NCBI GenBank assembly: GCA_965197475.1
Contig: CBDANF010000003.1
Coordinates: 1,728,001 to 1,792,000 of the forward strand
Source: Candidatus Poribacteria bacterium
Lineage (GTDB): Bacteria > Poribacteria > WGA-4E > WGA-3G
Direction: 5' to 3'
DNA: 64,000 bases
Below the pieces are notes generated by a model. The model was not told the DNA's origin and made no database searches. It saw only the letters and a program-made list of their open reading frames with translations. Numbering within the stretch: position 1 is the stretch's first letter; each line of letters opens with the position of its first letter. A program made the position numbers and the translations under genes. Shown here piece after piece: positions 10,201 through 19,717 of this stretch.

Positions 10201-10614
10201 TTACCATTGCTCTTCAATCCATTCATTGTCATGATCTGGGTTATAAGTTAATCCTTTTCTGATATCAAGACAGAGGTCAAGCATTTCCAAAACCATGTGA
10301 CCCACCAGGACAGGCGCATTATTGGGCAAGTTGGTTACCTCCAGCGTTCCTGTTCGTTCAAGGACAGTAAATCGGACCTCCGAATAAATAGTCCGGTCTG
10401 CGATACCATTTGAGGTCATAGCTCTCGTCGTTCCAACGGGAGTCAACCCGAGTTGTTCAATAAGCGACTTCGGTAACGACAACCGAGTCGCCCCAGTATC
10501 AACAAGTGCATTTTCAACAGTGGCGCGCCGAACCTCTTTGGGTTTGATAACGTCTGCCTCTGCCAAAAATTGATCTTTTCGATTCACGAGTTCAATTTTA
10601 GTTGTATGTCTCAT
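10201..10614 (-). CDS. Clan AA aspartic protease, tandem paralog
   Basis: ALVDTGAT motif; closely similar to 9655-10068. Start MRHTTK has RBS AAGGTG. Confidence 0.85.
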   Translation of the reverse strand: MRHTTKIELVNRKDQFLAEADVIKPKEVRRATVENALVDTGATRLSLPKSLIEQLGLTPVGTTRAMTSNGIADRTIYSEVRFTVLERTGTLEVTNLPNNAPVLVGHMVLEMLDLCLDIRKGLTYNPDHDNEWIEEQW

Positions 10615-10791
10615 TTTCGACACCTTATTGGCTACCAAAAACAGTTGGCTTGTGTGTCTATGTTATGTTTTCTCCAAAAAATTTACACATCGCATATTTT
10701 AGAATCTGTTTATAAGCGTATCACAAAGGAAGAGGGATGTCAAGTTTTTTGAAAAGAAAAGGGGTGTAAATATTTTGTCAATTATGCGGAT

Positions 10792-10974
10792 TGTCTGAAC
10801 CAGGATTCTCAAGATTATAGGATTTCCAGGATTGTTGACGGTATAAATGTTTCTGAAACAGACAAGCAGATAGGAACTTCAAAACCTTTTGAAATGCTCT
10901 GGAGAATAAGCAGTTATCATTGAAGACACGATAATCCTGAAAATCTGTCCATCTTGTAAATCCTGGTTCAGACA
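10792..10974. mobile_element. MITE-like element, family TGTCTGAACCAGGATT
   Basis: 16-bp perfect terminal inverted repeat TGTCTGAACCAGGATT/AATCCTGGTTCAGACA with internal AGGATT/AATC subrepeats. A related copy lies at 53757-53880. Confidence 0.6.
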
Positions 10975-10987
10975 GCAGCAGAAAACC

Positions 10988-13288
10988 TTACTTCCTTATC
11001 AACATCTTCCGCGTCGCAGTAAAATCCCCTGCTTTTAATGTATAGAAATACACACCACTGGCGACAGACTCACCAACTTCGTTCTTCCCATCCCAATGTG
11101 CCGCACGACTCTTGCCTTGATAGATACCGACAGACTTATGACCCAACGCCAAGGTGCGTACCACTGTGCCATCTACAGCATAGATAGTCACCTTCACATC
11201 TGCAGACTCTGCTAACTGATACGGTATCCACGTTTCTGGGTTGAATGGGTTTGGATAGTTCGGTAATAAGGATGTCTTTTTCGGGGTTAACGCTGCCAAA
11301 AGTTGTTGTAGAAAGAGAATTCCGCGCTGCGAGGTTGCATCTGTCAAGTTTAGCTGCTGTGCTTGGGATAGCCACTGCTGTACCTCTTCCCTTGTCGGAG
11401 CGATATCCATATTTTGACTTAACACCGCTGGCGCGGCTGCACCTCCACCTATCACACCAGCAACTTGAACCAGGTCCACGATGTTAACAACGTCATCTTC
11501 GTTAACATCTGCCGGATTACCTCCTTCCGGGACTTCTTGATTGAAACTTGATGCAACAAGAACTAAATCTGAAATGTTTACAACCCCATCCCTATTCACA
11601 TCTCCAAAAATCGGTTCAACTACCGATGCACTTTCAAAGGTAGGAATATAACGTAGTCCATCTGTGCCAATAAAGTGTCCTGAGACGCTCACAGTTGAGG
11701 CTTTGACATAGCGAACTTTAAACGTTCCAGTGAAAAGTGTACCGTCACCGTTGCCAACCCCGCCAGCAAGATAGTCTCCCCCGCTGCTTGAGATACGTTC
11801 AAGTGCTGTCCCATCGTAATCCCAAGTAAGGCGATAGTCTTTCACGTTTTGCCCACCGGCAATGTCAACGTTGAAAATGAGTTGTTGGTGACGAGCGGGT
11901 GACAACACTGAAGATGGCGTAACACTAACAACTGCGGATGAAGGAACCGGTGGTGGTTCAACTATCTTGCCGCCGCCGACCAAATGACTCAAACGGTTGC
12001 CGTCGCTGTCTGTGAGGATAACGTTAGAAAGATTGAGGTTTGATTCTTTCACATCAACAACTTCAAATGTGATGGTGGCGAGAATACCGTCACCGCTGCG
12101 GTCATTAGCGAAATTAGTAGCACCAAGCGTTACGTTATTATTCTCTACAATTGGTTGCACGAAATACGACCCTTCTGTTAGGTAATCGCCGTTAATGCTT
12201 GAAACATAACGGATCGCAGTGTGATCAAATTCTAAAGTAAGTTGGTATCCGCCTACCGTTTCCCCTTCAGTAATGTTTATGTTAATAGAAAACTCTTCAC
12301 CAATAACTGGTGACACTACGGGATTAGGTGTGATGCTAACCTTAGCGGGATACTTCCACAGTCGGATTGTGTTATCATCGCTTCCACTTGCGAATGTTTT
12401 TCCATCCGGACTAAAGGCAACGCTGTTGACATCATCCCTATGCTCTGTGAGTGTGCCCAGATGTTCACCTGTCTCAACATCCCACAAACGGATGGTATTG
12501 TCAGCACTTCCACTCACAAGTGTGTTTCCAATCGAGTTAAAGGAAATGCTCCAGATAACATTCTTATGCCCAATGAGGGTGTGCTTGATAGTACCTGCTG
12601 CAACATCCCACAAACGGATAGTACCGTTAGTACTGCTACTAGCAAGCGTTGCGCCATCAGGACTAAACACGACACTCCAGACATCACCTGTATGCTCTGG
12701 AAGGGTGTGATTGAGAACGCCTGTTGCAACATCCCACAGGCGGATGGTATTGTCCAAACTCCCACTTGCGAGTGTCTGTCCATCCGGACTGAACGCTACA
12801 CTATACACACCCCCCGTATGCCCTCTGAGCGTGTGCAGCGCTGCTCCCGTTGCCACATCCCACAGGCGGATTGTCCTGTCCGAACTCCCACTTGCGAGTG
12901 TCTGTCCATCCGGACTGAACGCAATGCTTAAGACACCCCCCGTATGCCCTCTGAGCGTGTGCAGTGCTGCTCCCGTTGCCACATCCCACAGGCGGATGGT
13001 CCTGTCCGAACTCCCACTTGCGAGTGTCTGTCCATCCGGACTGAAGGCTACACTCCAGACATTACTAGTATGCCCTCTAAGTGTTCGTAGGTGCGTTCCT
13101 GTCTCCACATCCCACAAGCGGATGGTCCTGTCCGAACTCCCACTTGCGAGTGTTTTTCCATCTGGACTGAACGCTACACTATACACATAACCCGTATGCC
13201 CTTTAAGGACGGTGGATGGAATATATTGGGCAAAGGTGTTTAGGGAAAACACGGTTAAAAGAATGAGTATCGTCAAAGTTGTTTTCAT
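10988..13288 (-). CDS. Secreted WD40-repeat protein with cohesin-like, dockerin and FlgD/T9SS-like C-terminal domains
   Basis: Signal peptide; 7 GHT...SVAFSPDG..LASGS.D.TIRLWD repeats; dockerin GDVNRDGVVNISDLVLVA; C-terminal LLPNYPNPFNPETWIPYQL...GVYFYTL..GDFTATRKMLIRK. Confidence 0.9.
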   Translation of the reverse strand: MKTTLTILILLTVFSLNTFAQYIPSTVLKGHTGYVYSVAFSPDGKTLASGSSDRTIRLWDVETGTHLRTLRGHTSNVWSVAFSPDGQTLASGSSDRTIRLWDVATGAALHTLRGHTGGVLSIAFSPDGQTLASGSSDRTIRLWDVATGAALHTLRGHTGGVYSVAFSPDGQTLASGSLDNTIRLWDVATGVLNHTLPEHTGDVWSVVFSPDGATLASSSTNGTIRLWDVAAGTIKHTLIGHKNVIWSISFNSIGNTLVSGSADNTIRLWDVETGEHLGTLTEHRDDVNSVAFSPDGKTFASGSDDNTIRLWKYPAKVSITPNPVVSPVIGEEFSININITEGETVGGYQLTLEFDHTAIRYVSSINGDYLTEGSYFVQPIVENNNVTLGATNFANDRSGDGILATITFEVVDVKESNLNLSNVILTDSDGNRLSHLVGGGKIVEPPPVPSSAVVSVTPSSVLSPARHQQLIFNVDIAGGQNVKDYRLTWDYDGTALERISSSGGDYLAGGVGNGDGTLFTGTFKVRYVKASTVSVSGHFIGTDGLRYIPTFESASVVEPIFGDVNRDGVVNISDLVLVASSFNQEVPEGGNPADVNEDDVVNIVDLVQVAGVIGGGAAAPAVLSQNMDIAPTREEVQQWLSQAQQLNLTDATSQRGILFLQQLLAALTPKKTSLLPNYPNPFNPETWIPYQLAESADVKVTIYAVDGTVVRTLALGHKSVGIYQGKSRAAHWDGKNEVGESVASGVYFYTLKAGDFTATRKMLIRK
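12725..13205 (-). repeat. 126-bp tandem repeats encoding near-identical WD40 blades
   Basis: CCCACTTGCGAGTGT recurs at 12761, 12887, ~13013 and ~13139 (period 126). Confidence 0.85.
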
Positions 13289-13380
13289 AGTAAAATTCTC
13301 CTTTTGGTTTTATATTTCAGGTCTAACGGATTATAAGCTGCTTTTTATGGGAAGTCTATAATTAAGTAGACACATTTACT

Positions 13381-13444
13381 GTAGGAGCGATCTCCGAATC
13401 GCGACGGAGCACTTTGTTAGTCGGGAATCGGAGTTCCCTCCTAC
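13381..13444. repeat. REP-like (GTAG family) inverted doublet
   Basis: GTAGGAGCGATCTCCGAATCGCGAC ... GTCGGGAATCGGAGTTCCCTCCTAC; related copies at 40483-40547 and 46243-46267. Confidence 0.65.
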
Positions 13445-13903
13445 CATCTCTGTGAATCAACGCCAAACATGAGTGGTGCAGAATACGCGTTTGGTTTTCT
13501 GTATGATTTTGGCGGAGGCGATCTCCGAACACAATTATCACATCCACTGAATAATATCTGCAATACTATCCATATCAAGACAATTACACATCAAGACAAT
13601 TACATAATTTTTTATAAAAAAGTTAATATATGTCTTAATAAGGTTATTTTACCAAATTTTGACTCACTATGTCAATCTTAAATTTGTAGACTTTTTTGCT
13701 TGAAAAATGTACAGTGCTATCAATTTGTTGGGAAGGCTAAATGACCTTTACAATCTGCATTTTTAGTAACGAAAGATGAAGATATTTCGTTTTATGTCAT
13801 GTTTTAGATACTTTAAAAAAACAAATGAGAGTTCATATTTCCGCATATTATTAGGGGAGTTTGCGGACTACGTCATAATAAAACATGCGGAGGAGTAAAA
13901 TTC

Positions 13904-15313
13904 ATGAAACCGTGTTCTGTATGGACGGTAATTCTCTTATTTGCAGTCCTGTTTTCAGGCTGCACTACAATAACAAGTTATAATGAGTTAGCTGATAGAC
14001 ATTACGACTACACAAGCGGAGAAAAAAACACTACTCTTGATGAATGGCGGACGCTAATTTCAGAGTTTAAAAACATCATTCGCGACGATACACAAAGTGC
14101 TTTGGCAGATGATGCACAGTATGCTATCGCTTCTTGTTGGGTTTGGTGTATCAAACTTGGAGATGCAGAGGCACCGCAACACGCCATTGCAGCATTCCGA
14201 AGCCTCATCTATACCTATCCTGATTCGGAACATTTACCCCAGGCACACTTTTGGATCGCCCAGTGCTACACGATGATAGGTGATTCCGCCCGCGCAGCAC
14301 ATCATTACCAGATTGTTACAAACCGATATGCGGATGCAGATATCGCAGCAGAAGCGCAGTTGGCGTTAGGTCGCACTTATGCACAGCAGGGATACGACAG
14401 ACGTGCAGAAACGGTATACGTTGACATTGTGGGATCCGCAGCGAAGAAGGAAATAGTTACCACCGCATCTGAAGAACTTAAGGGACTGAAGACACAACAG
14501 AACCAGACGACACCATCCGATGAAACACCCTCTCAACCGAAAGTCCAACCTGATCCAGAGACGTTAACACCTGGATCCTTGACACGTGAATTTGGATTAA
14601 CTGCCAAGACGATTGTTATAGACGCTGGACACGGCGGGAAAGATCCAGGGGGAGGCAGCGCGGGAAATCTCATAGAAAAACCTATTGTGCTTAGCATTTC
14701 AAAAAAAATCGGGGCAATTTTAACTGCAAAAGGCTATACTGTTCTGCTAACACGAGATACTGATCGCTTTATTCCGTTGAAGGAGCGAACAGCGTTTGCT
14801 ACGAAACATAAAGCGGATCTGTTTCTGAGCATTCATGCAAATGCAAGTGGAGATTCGAGAGCCAACGGTATTGAAACCTACTATTTAGATGTAGCGAGTA
14901 CGGATAAAAACGCTGAAATCATCGCTGCACGAGAAAATGCAAACTCCGGTTACAGTATCCAAGAATTGGAATCACTTTTAAAAGGATTGATAGTAGAGAG
15001 TAAAAGTAAAGATAGCCGTCGATTGGCAAAACATGTGCAGCAGGAATTGGTTGCAGCAACAGGTGCAGCAGATCGTGGAGTTAAACACGCTCGTTTTGTG
15101 GTGCTTATCGGAACGCGTGTTCCCGCTATCCTGATTGAAACGGGATTCGTAACGAATCAGACAGAAGGGAAAAAACTCACATCGGCTGCTTATCAACAGA
15201 AGTTAGCTAATGCTATCGTTCGAGGCGTTGAAAAGTTTTTAGGGAATGCTGGGCAAATCAGCCAAGATAATTCTGATCAACCCAACAAATATTTGGCAAC
15301 AACAGAACGTTAG
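13904..15313 (+). CDS. N-acetylmuramoyl-L-alanine amidase (Amidase_3) lipoprotein with N-terminal TPR/BamD-like region
   Basis: Lipobox FSGC; TPR-like helices; IVIDAGHGGKDPG, FLSIHANA and PAILIETGF motifs. Confidence 0.9.
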   Translation: MKPCSVWTVILLFAVLFSGCTTITSYNELADRHYDYTSGEKNTTLDEWRTLISEFKNIIRDDTQSALADDAQYAIASCWVWCIKLGDAEAPQHAIAAFRSLIYTYPDSEHLPQAHFWIAQCYTMIGDSARAAHHYQIVTNRYADADIAAEAQLALGRTYAQQGYDRRAETVYVDIVGSAAKKEIVTTASEELKGLKTQQNQTTPSDETPSQPKVQPDPETLTPGSLTREFGLTAKTIVIDAGHGGKDPGGGSAGNLIEKPIVLSISKKIGAILTAKGYTVLLTRDTDRFIPLKERTAFATKHKADLFLSIHANASGDSRANGIETYYLDVASTDKNAEIIAARENANSGYSIQELESLLKGLIVESKSKDSRRLAKHVQQELVAATGAADRGVKHARFVVLIGTRVPAILIETGFVTNQTEGKKLTSAAYQQKLANAIVRGVEKFLGNAGQISQDNSDQPNKYLATTER

Positions 15314-15366
15314 GTAAACGGATATGGATGTGAAACCGGCAAACCATTTGCTGAGGAAACCCGGTT

Positions 15367-17403
15367 ATGTTTTTTAATGTCTTTCATCGGAAAAAATTAT
15401 GGTTTAGGACCTTTCCCACAGATATCATATTTATCCTCGTGTTAGTTCTCGTCTGCTGTACCGGAGAGTTAACCAACACTGCTGCACAACAGACAGATCT
15501 TGCCATCCTCTTACCATCAACAGCGTCTGGTATAGCAGAGGCAGATGTAAACTATGCCCGTTCTGTCAGTAAACGGTTCGTCCGCATGCTGAATAGCATC
15601 GGTTTTTCTGCTGACGAATTGAAGGAGGAATCTGCCCACACTGTTCCTCGTTTACAAGCCACATCTTCCAATCCGTATCGTTTGATTATCCTACCTTTGA
15701 ACCCAAAAATACGACCAGAAACCGCCACCATTCTGAAAGACTTTGTCGCACGCGGTGGAAAACTATTTGTGACCTATAACCTTGCCGATGAAGTGGGGTT
15801 ACTTCTGAATTTACACAGTAAAAAGTGGCTCCGCGCGGAAGTCCCCGGTCAGTTTTCTTCTGTTCAATTTGACACATCTGAGATATTAGGAGTCCCGACA
15901 TCTGTTCGACAGATATCGTGGAATATCACGGTGGCAGAATCGACAAACGCACAAACAAAAGTTATCGGACACTGGCACAATGCCAGGGGCGAATCCACTG
16001 GGTATCCCGCGTTTTTCGTAGGCGAGGCAGGCGCGTTTTTCAGTCACGTTTTCCTTCCTGATGATATCCAAACCAAAACGCAACTCTTTGCCGCACTTCT
16101 CGGACATCTGGTCCCCGAATTTCAGCATGCAATCGCAAAACGCGAATTGGATGCAACAACCGTTGGACACATAAATGACCTTGATACTTTAACGAAATTT
16201 GTAGCGTATGGTGGGGTTTCAGAAGCAAAGGAAGCATTGCAATCAGGTAAAACCTTGACAACTCAAGCGCGAACTAAATATACTCAGAAGGATTATCATG
16301 CATCTATGACAGCAGCTCGTGCAAGTAGAGAGACACTTTCAAAAGCATATTTTCTCTCCCATCTCAGCGATGAGACGGAAGGACGTGCCTTGTGGAATCA
16401 TTCTGGGCTTGGCGCATATCCCGGTGACTGGGAACGTTCCGCTAAGGAATTAGCTGCTGCTGGCATCAATATGATTCTTCCAAATATGGCATGGGGTGGT
16501 GTGGCACATTACGATAGCAGTGTGTTGCCACATAGTAAGACCTTTGAGCAATACGGTGACCAAATTGCACAATGCGTGAAAGCCTCACATAAGCACAAGT
16601 TGCAGGTTCATGTATGGAAGATAACGTGGAATTTGGAAGGTGCCCCAAAAGAGTTTGTGGAAGAACTCCGGGCTGCGGGACGAACTCAGGTCTCTGCTAC
16701 CGGCAACCCTCTCAATTGGCTCTGCCCTTCGCATCCAGAAAACGTCAAGTTGGAATTGAGTAGTATCATGGAAATTGTGCGGAACTACGATGTTGATGGA
16801 ATCCACCTTGATTATATCCGTTATCCGGGAAGTCATGCCTGCTATTGCCAAGAGTGCCGTAAAAGGTTCATGCTCGCGACAAGACAACATATTAAGGAAT
16901 GGCCCGCACCTGTACTGCCTGGTTCGGGACAACACCGGAAAGCATATACCGAATGGCGCGCGCAACAGATCACCCGCTTAGTACGTTTAATCCACAAACG
17001 TGCACGTGAGATAAAACCTGATATCAAGGTTTCCGCCGCTGTTTTTGGCAGCTATCCCTCATGTGTCACCTCTATTGGACAGGATTGGATTGCCTGGGCA
17101 AAAGCAGGTTATGTTGACTTCGTTTGCCCGATGAACTATACTGAAAATACCAAATATTTCACTGACCTGTTAGAGAAGCAGCTTGCCTTTATGCCAAAAG
17201 GCGTGGCGATTTATCCTGGTATCGGTGCCACTGCTTCTAATTCACTCCTTACACCTGATGCCGTGATTGGTCAGATTCACCTTGCACGGTTCTTAGGTGC
17301 TTCCGGCTGGACAATCTTCAACTATTCAGTCAATATCTCAGATACCATCCTTCCTGCTATCCAAATGGGAGTCGGTAAGCGAAAAGCCGAACCTCCACAT
17401 TGA
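15367..17403 (+). CDS. Glycoside hydrolase-like GHL10 family protein
   Basis: EGRALW, LQVHVW, WLCPSHP, YDVDGIHLDYIRYP, IGQDW..W...GYVDFVCPMNY motifs. Confidence 0.82.
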   Translation: MFFNVFHRKKLWFRTFPTDIIFILVLVLVCCTGELTNTAAQQTDLAILLPSTASGIAEADVNYARSVSKRFVRMLNSIGFSADELKEESAHTVPRLQATSSNPYRLIILPLNPKIRPETATILKDFVARGGKLFVTYNLADEVGLLLNLHSKKWLRAEVPGQFSSVQFDTSEILGVPTSVRQISWNITVAESTNAQTKVIGHWHNARGESTGYPAFFVGEAGAFFSHVFLPDDIQTKTQLFAALLGHLVPEFQHAIAKRELDATTVGHINDLDTLTKFVAYGGVSEAKEALQSGKTLTTQARTKYTQKDYHASMTAARASRETLSKAYFLSHLSDETEGRALWNHSGLGAYPGDWERSAKELAAAGINMILPNMAWGGVAHYDSSVLPHSKTFEQYGDQIAQCVKASHKHKLQVHVWKITWNLEGAPKEFVEELRAAGRTQVSATGNPLNWLCPSHPENVKLELSSIMEIVRNYDVDGIHLDYIRYPGSHACYCQECRKRFMLATRQHIKEWPAPVLPGSGQHRKAYTEWRAQQITRLVRLIHKRAREIKPDIKVSAAVFGSYPSCVTSIGQDWIAWAKAGYVDFVCPMNYTENTKYFTDLLEKQLAFMPKGVAIYPGIGATASNSLLTPDAVIGQIHLARFLGASGWTIFNYSVNISDTILPAIQMGVGKRKAEPPH

Positions 17404-17504
17404 TTCTGTTCATGCTTGTTCTCTTATAATTATTGGCATTACTATAACCATTTTGCAATGCGGTTAGGTTTGACTACGTTCAACTCAGATCATCTAAAAT
17501 CTAC

Positions 17505-17533
17505 TTGACCGTTGCTGAAAAATTGTGTAAACT
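17505..17533 (+). promoter_or_regulatory. Sigma-70 promoter of the TA-like pair
   Basis: TTGACC-17 nt-TAAACT just upstream of 17547. Confidence 0.5.
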
Positions 17534-17546
17534 ATAGAAAGTTGAG

Positions 17547-17849
17547 GTGTATATGTGGCACGTTACCGATAAATGGGGTAACCGCATTGAGTTGACAGAT
17601 GAAAGATGGCATCACATCCTTGAAAATCATTGGGAATTGAGACACTATCTTAATGAGGTGCTTTTAACTGTCCGAACTGGTAGAAGAAAACAGGCACCGA
17701 TGGATCCTTATAAATACACATATTATAAGGATTTTGATAACCTTCCTCACAATTATACTTGCATTGTTGTTATTGTTAAATTGATTCGGAACAACTTCAT
17801 TATAACTGCATATCCTATAAGAAAAAGGAACTCAGATGAATCACGATAA
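17547..17849 (+). CDS. Putative RelE/BrnT-like toxin
   Basis: IELTDERWHHILENH and FIITAY motifs; basic protein overlapping a DUF2283 gene. Start may be 17553. Confidence 0.6.
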   Translation: MYMWHVTDKWGNRIELTDERWHHILENHWELRHYLNEVLLTVRTGRRKQAPMDPYKYTYYKDFDNLPHNYTCIVVIVKLIRNNFIITAYPIRKRNSDESR

Positions 17850-18090
17850 AGATGGGCTTAAAATTGTCTATGATCAGGAAGCTGATGTGCTTTATGTGAC
17901 ACGAGGCCAACCCGAATATACCGACTATGTTGAATACGCTGATGATTTGATTCTGCGGTTTCACCCTGAGACGAAACAACTTGTGGGATTCACTCTTGTT
18001 GATTTTTCGAAACATTTTGCTAAAAAAGACTCGGACATCGCGCTGCCCTTCGGCGTTGATTTTCAGATGCATGGAGAGCTACCCACTTGA
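17836..18090 (+). CDS. DUF2283 domain protein (putative antitoxin)
   Basis: YDQEADVLYV...DDLILRFHPETKQLVGFTLVDF; acidic protein. Confidence 0.8.
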   Translation: MNHDKDGLKIVYDQEADVLYVTRGQPEYTDYVEYADDLILRFHPETKQLVGFTLVDFSKHFAKKDSDIALPFGVDFQMHGELPT

Positions 18091-18126
18091 AACACAGATT
18101 ATCAGTAAAAAGGAGATTATTGCAGC

Positions 18127-19596
18127 ATGGCTCAAAAACCAAATATCCTATTTCTCCAGAGTGATGAACACAGTCCACACGCTATCGGGTGTGAAGGCAA
18201 CGATATTGTACAAACACCGAATCTTGATCGGCTTGCGGAATCTGGCACTTACTTTGATGGGGCATACTGCCAATTCCCACTTTGCACACCTTCACGGATG
18301 TGTATGCTGACAGGAAAATACGCACATCGATGCTCCGCTTGGAATAACGGTTCTATCCTGTTTCCTGAACATCTCACGATACCAGCACATTTCGCAGGAC
18401 ACGGCTACGCTACAGCACTCGTCGGAAAAATGCACTTTGGCGGTAAAGAACAGCACAACGGTTTTCAATCGCGTCCTTATGGCGATCTGCGCGGACGTGC
18501 CGGACATCAACGTGACCCTTTGCGAGGAGGTTCCGGTAACCGCACACGCACGCAAGACGCTGGCATCACAGAAATCCCATCGAGCCTTCTGCAAGAACGG
18601 GTAATCAACGAAGAAACGATTGAATACTTAAGGTCTCAACCTGCTGATCAACCGTGGTTCCTCCTGGCAAGTTATAGTCGTCCTCACTTCCCACTCACTG
18701 CCCCTAAGAGACTTTTCGACAAATACTATCCCGATAATGTGGACATGCCGAATATCCCACCGGGGCATTTGGAACAGACACACCGTTATGCGAAAGGGCT
18801 ACGGAAGAACTTCAATACAGCAGCTATTCCGGAGGAAGAGGCACGGAAGGCACGTGCGGCATACTATGCATGCTGCGAATTTTTGGATGAATGTATCGGT
18901 GATTTACTGACGATCTTGGAGCGCGACGGTCTGTTAGAGAATACAATTATCGTTTACACCACCGACCACGGTGAAATGGCTGGCGAGCATGGACAATGGT
19001 GGAAATCCAGTTATTATGAAGCAGCAGCACGAGTTCCACTTATTATACACGACAGACGATCAGAAGACACCTTCAGCAGACGCGTCAATTTGCCTGTTGA
19101 ATTAAACGACCTATTTCCGACTTTATGCGCAAGAGCAGGTATCCCAATTCCAAATGGTTTGGACGGATCGGATCTGTCAAACCTGATGTCAGGAAATACT
19201 GATGGCTGGCGCAATACTGCCATCAGTGAATACTGGGCAAACCAAACAACCGGACCGATGCGTATGTTGAGAGTGCCCCGCTATAAATATGTCGCTTTCC
19301 CTGAAGACGAATCCATCTTGTTTGATTTGGAAAATGACCCTGACGAATTTGAGAATATTGCAGGAAAGTCTGAAAAGAGCGAATTGGAAGCATCCTTGCA
19401 TGAACAACTGATGGCAGGGTTCTCATGGGAATCTGTCGAAAATCAGAAAAACGCTGATAAAGAACGCAGTAAAGATTGGGCAGCACCGTGGAGCGGCGGC
19501 ACCCCGAATCAATATACGTTACCGGATGGCAGAATTGTTGACGCAGAACTCTGTCTCTATAACCCTGTCCTTCGTGATGAGACCGATGAAAATTAA
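18127..19596 (+). CDS. Sulfatase (choline-sulfatase-like)
   Basis: KPNILFLQSDEH, CTPSR formylglycine motif, GKMHF, RPHFP, TDHGEM. Confidence 0.92.
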   Translation: MAQKPNILFLQSDEHSPHAIGCEGNDIVQTPNLDRLAESGTYFDGAYCQFPLCTPSRMCMLTGKYAHRCSAWNNGSILFPEHLTIPAHFAGHGYATALVGKMHFGGKEQHNGFQSRPYGDLRGRAGHQRDPLRGGSGNRTRTQDAGITEIPSSLLQERVINEETIEYLRSQPADQPWFLLASYSRPHFPLTAPKRLFDKYYPDNVDMPNIPPGHLEQTHRYAKGLRKNFNTAAIPEEEARKARAAYYACCEFLDECIGDLLTILERDGLLENTIIVYTTDHGEMAGEHGQWWKSSYYEAAARVPLIIHDRRSEDTFSRRVNLPVELNDLFPTLCARAGIPIPNGLDGSDLSNLMSGNTDGWRNTAISEYWANQTTGPMRMLRVPRYKYVAFPEDESILFDLENDPDEFENIAGKSEKSELEASLHEQLMAGFSWESVENQKNADKERSKDWAAPWSGGTPNQYTLPDGRIVDAELCLYNPVLRDETDEN

Positions 19597-19717
19597 GAAA
19601 AATAGTTAAGTGGGCGGTGTGTAGCACGGTGAGAAGAATCAGCTTCGCACCGCGCCAGGCGGTTCAATCTATATTGAAATGTTTTGAACCGAATATCCAT
19701 CGTAGGGAAACTTCAAT

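Noticed and set aside
12273-13190. Repetitive plus-strand ORFs opposite the WD40 gene
   Set aside because: Antisense translations of the 126-bp repeats.
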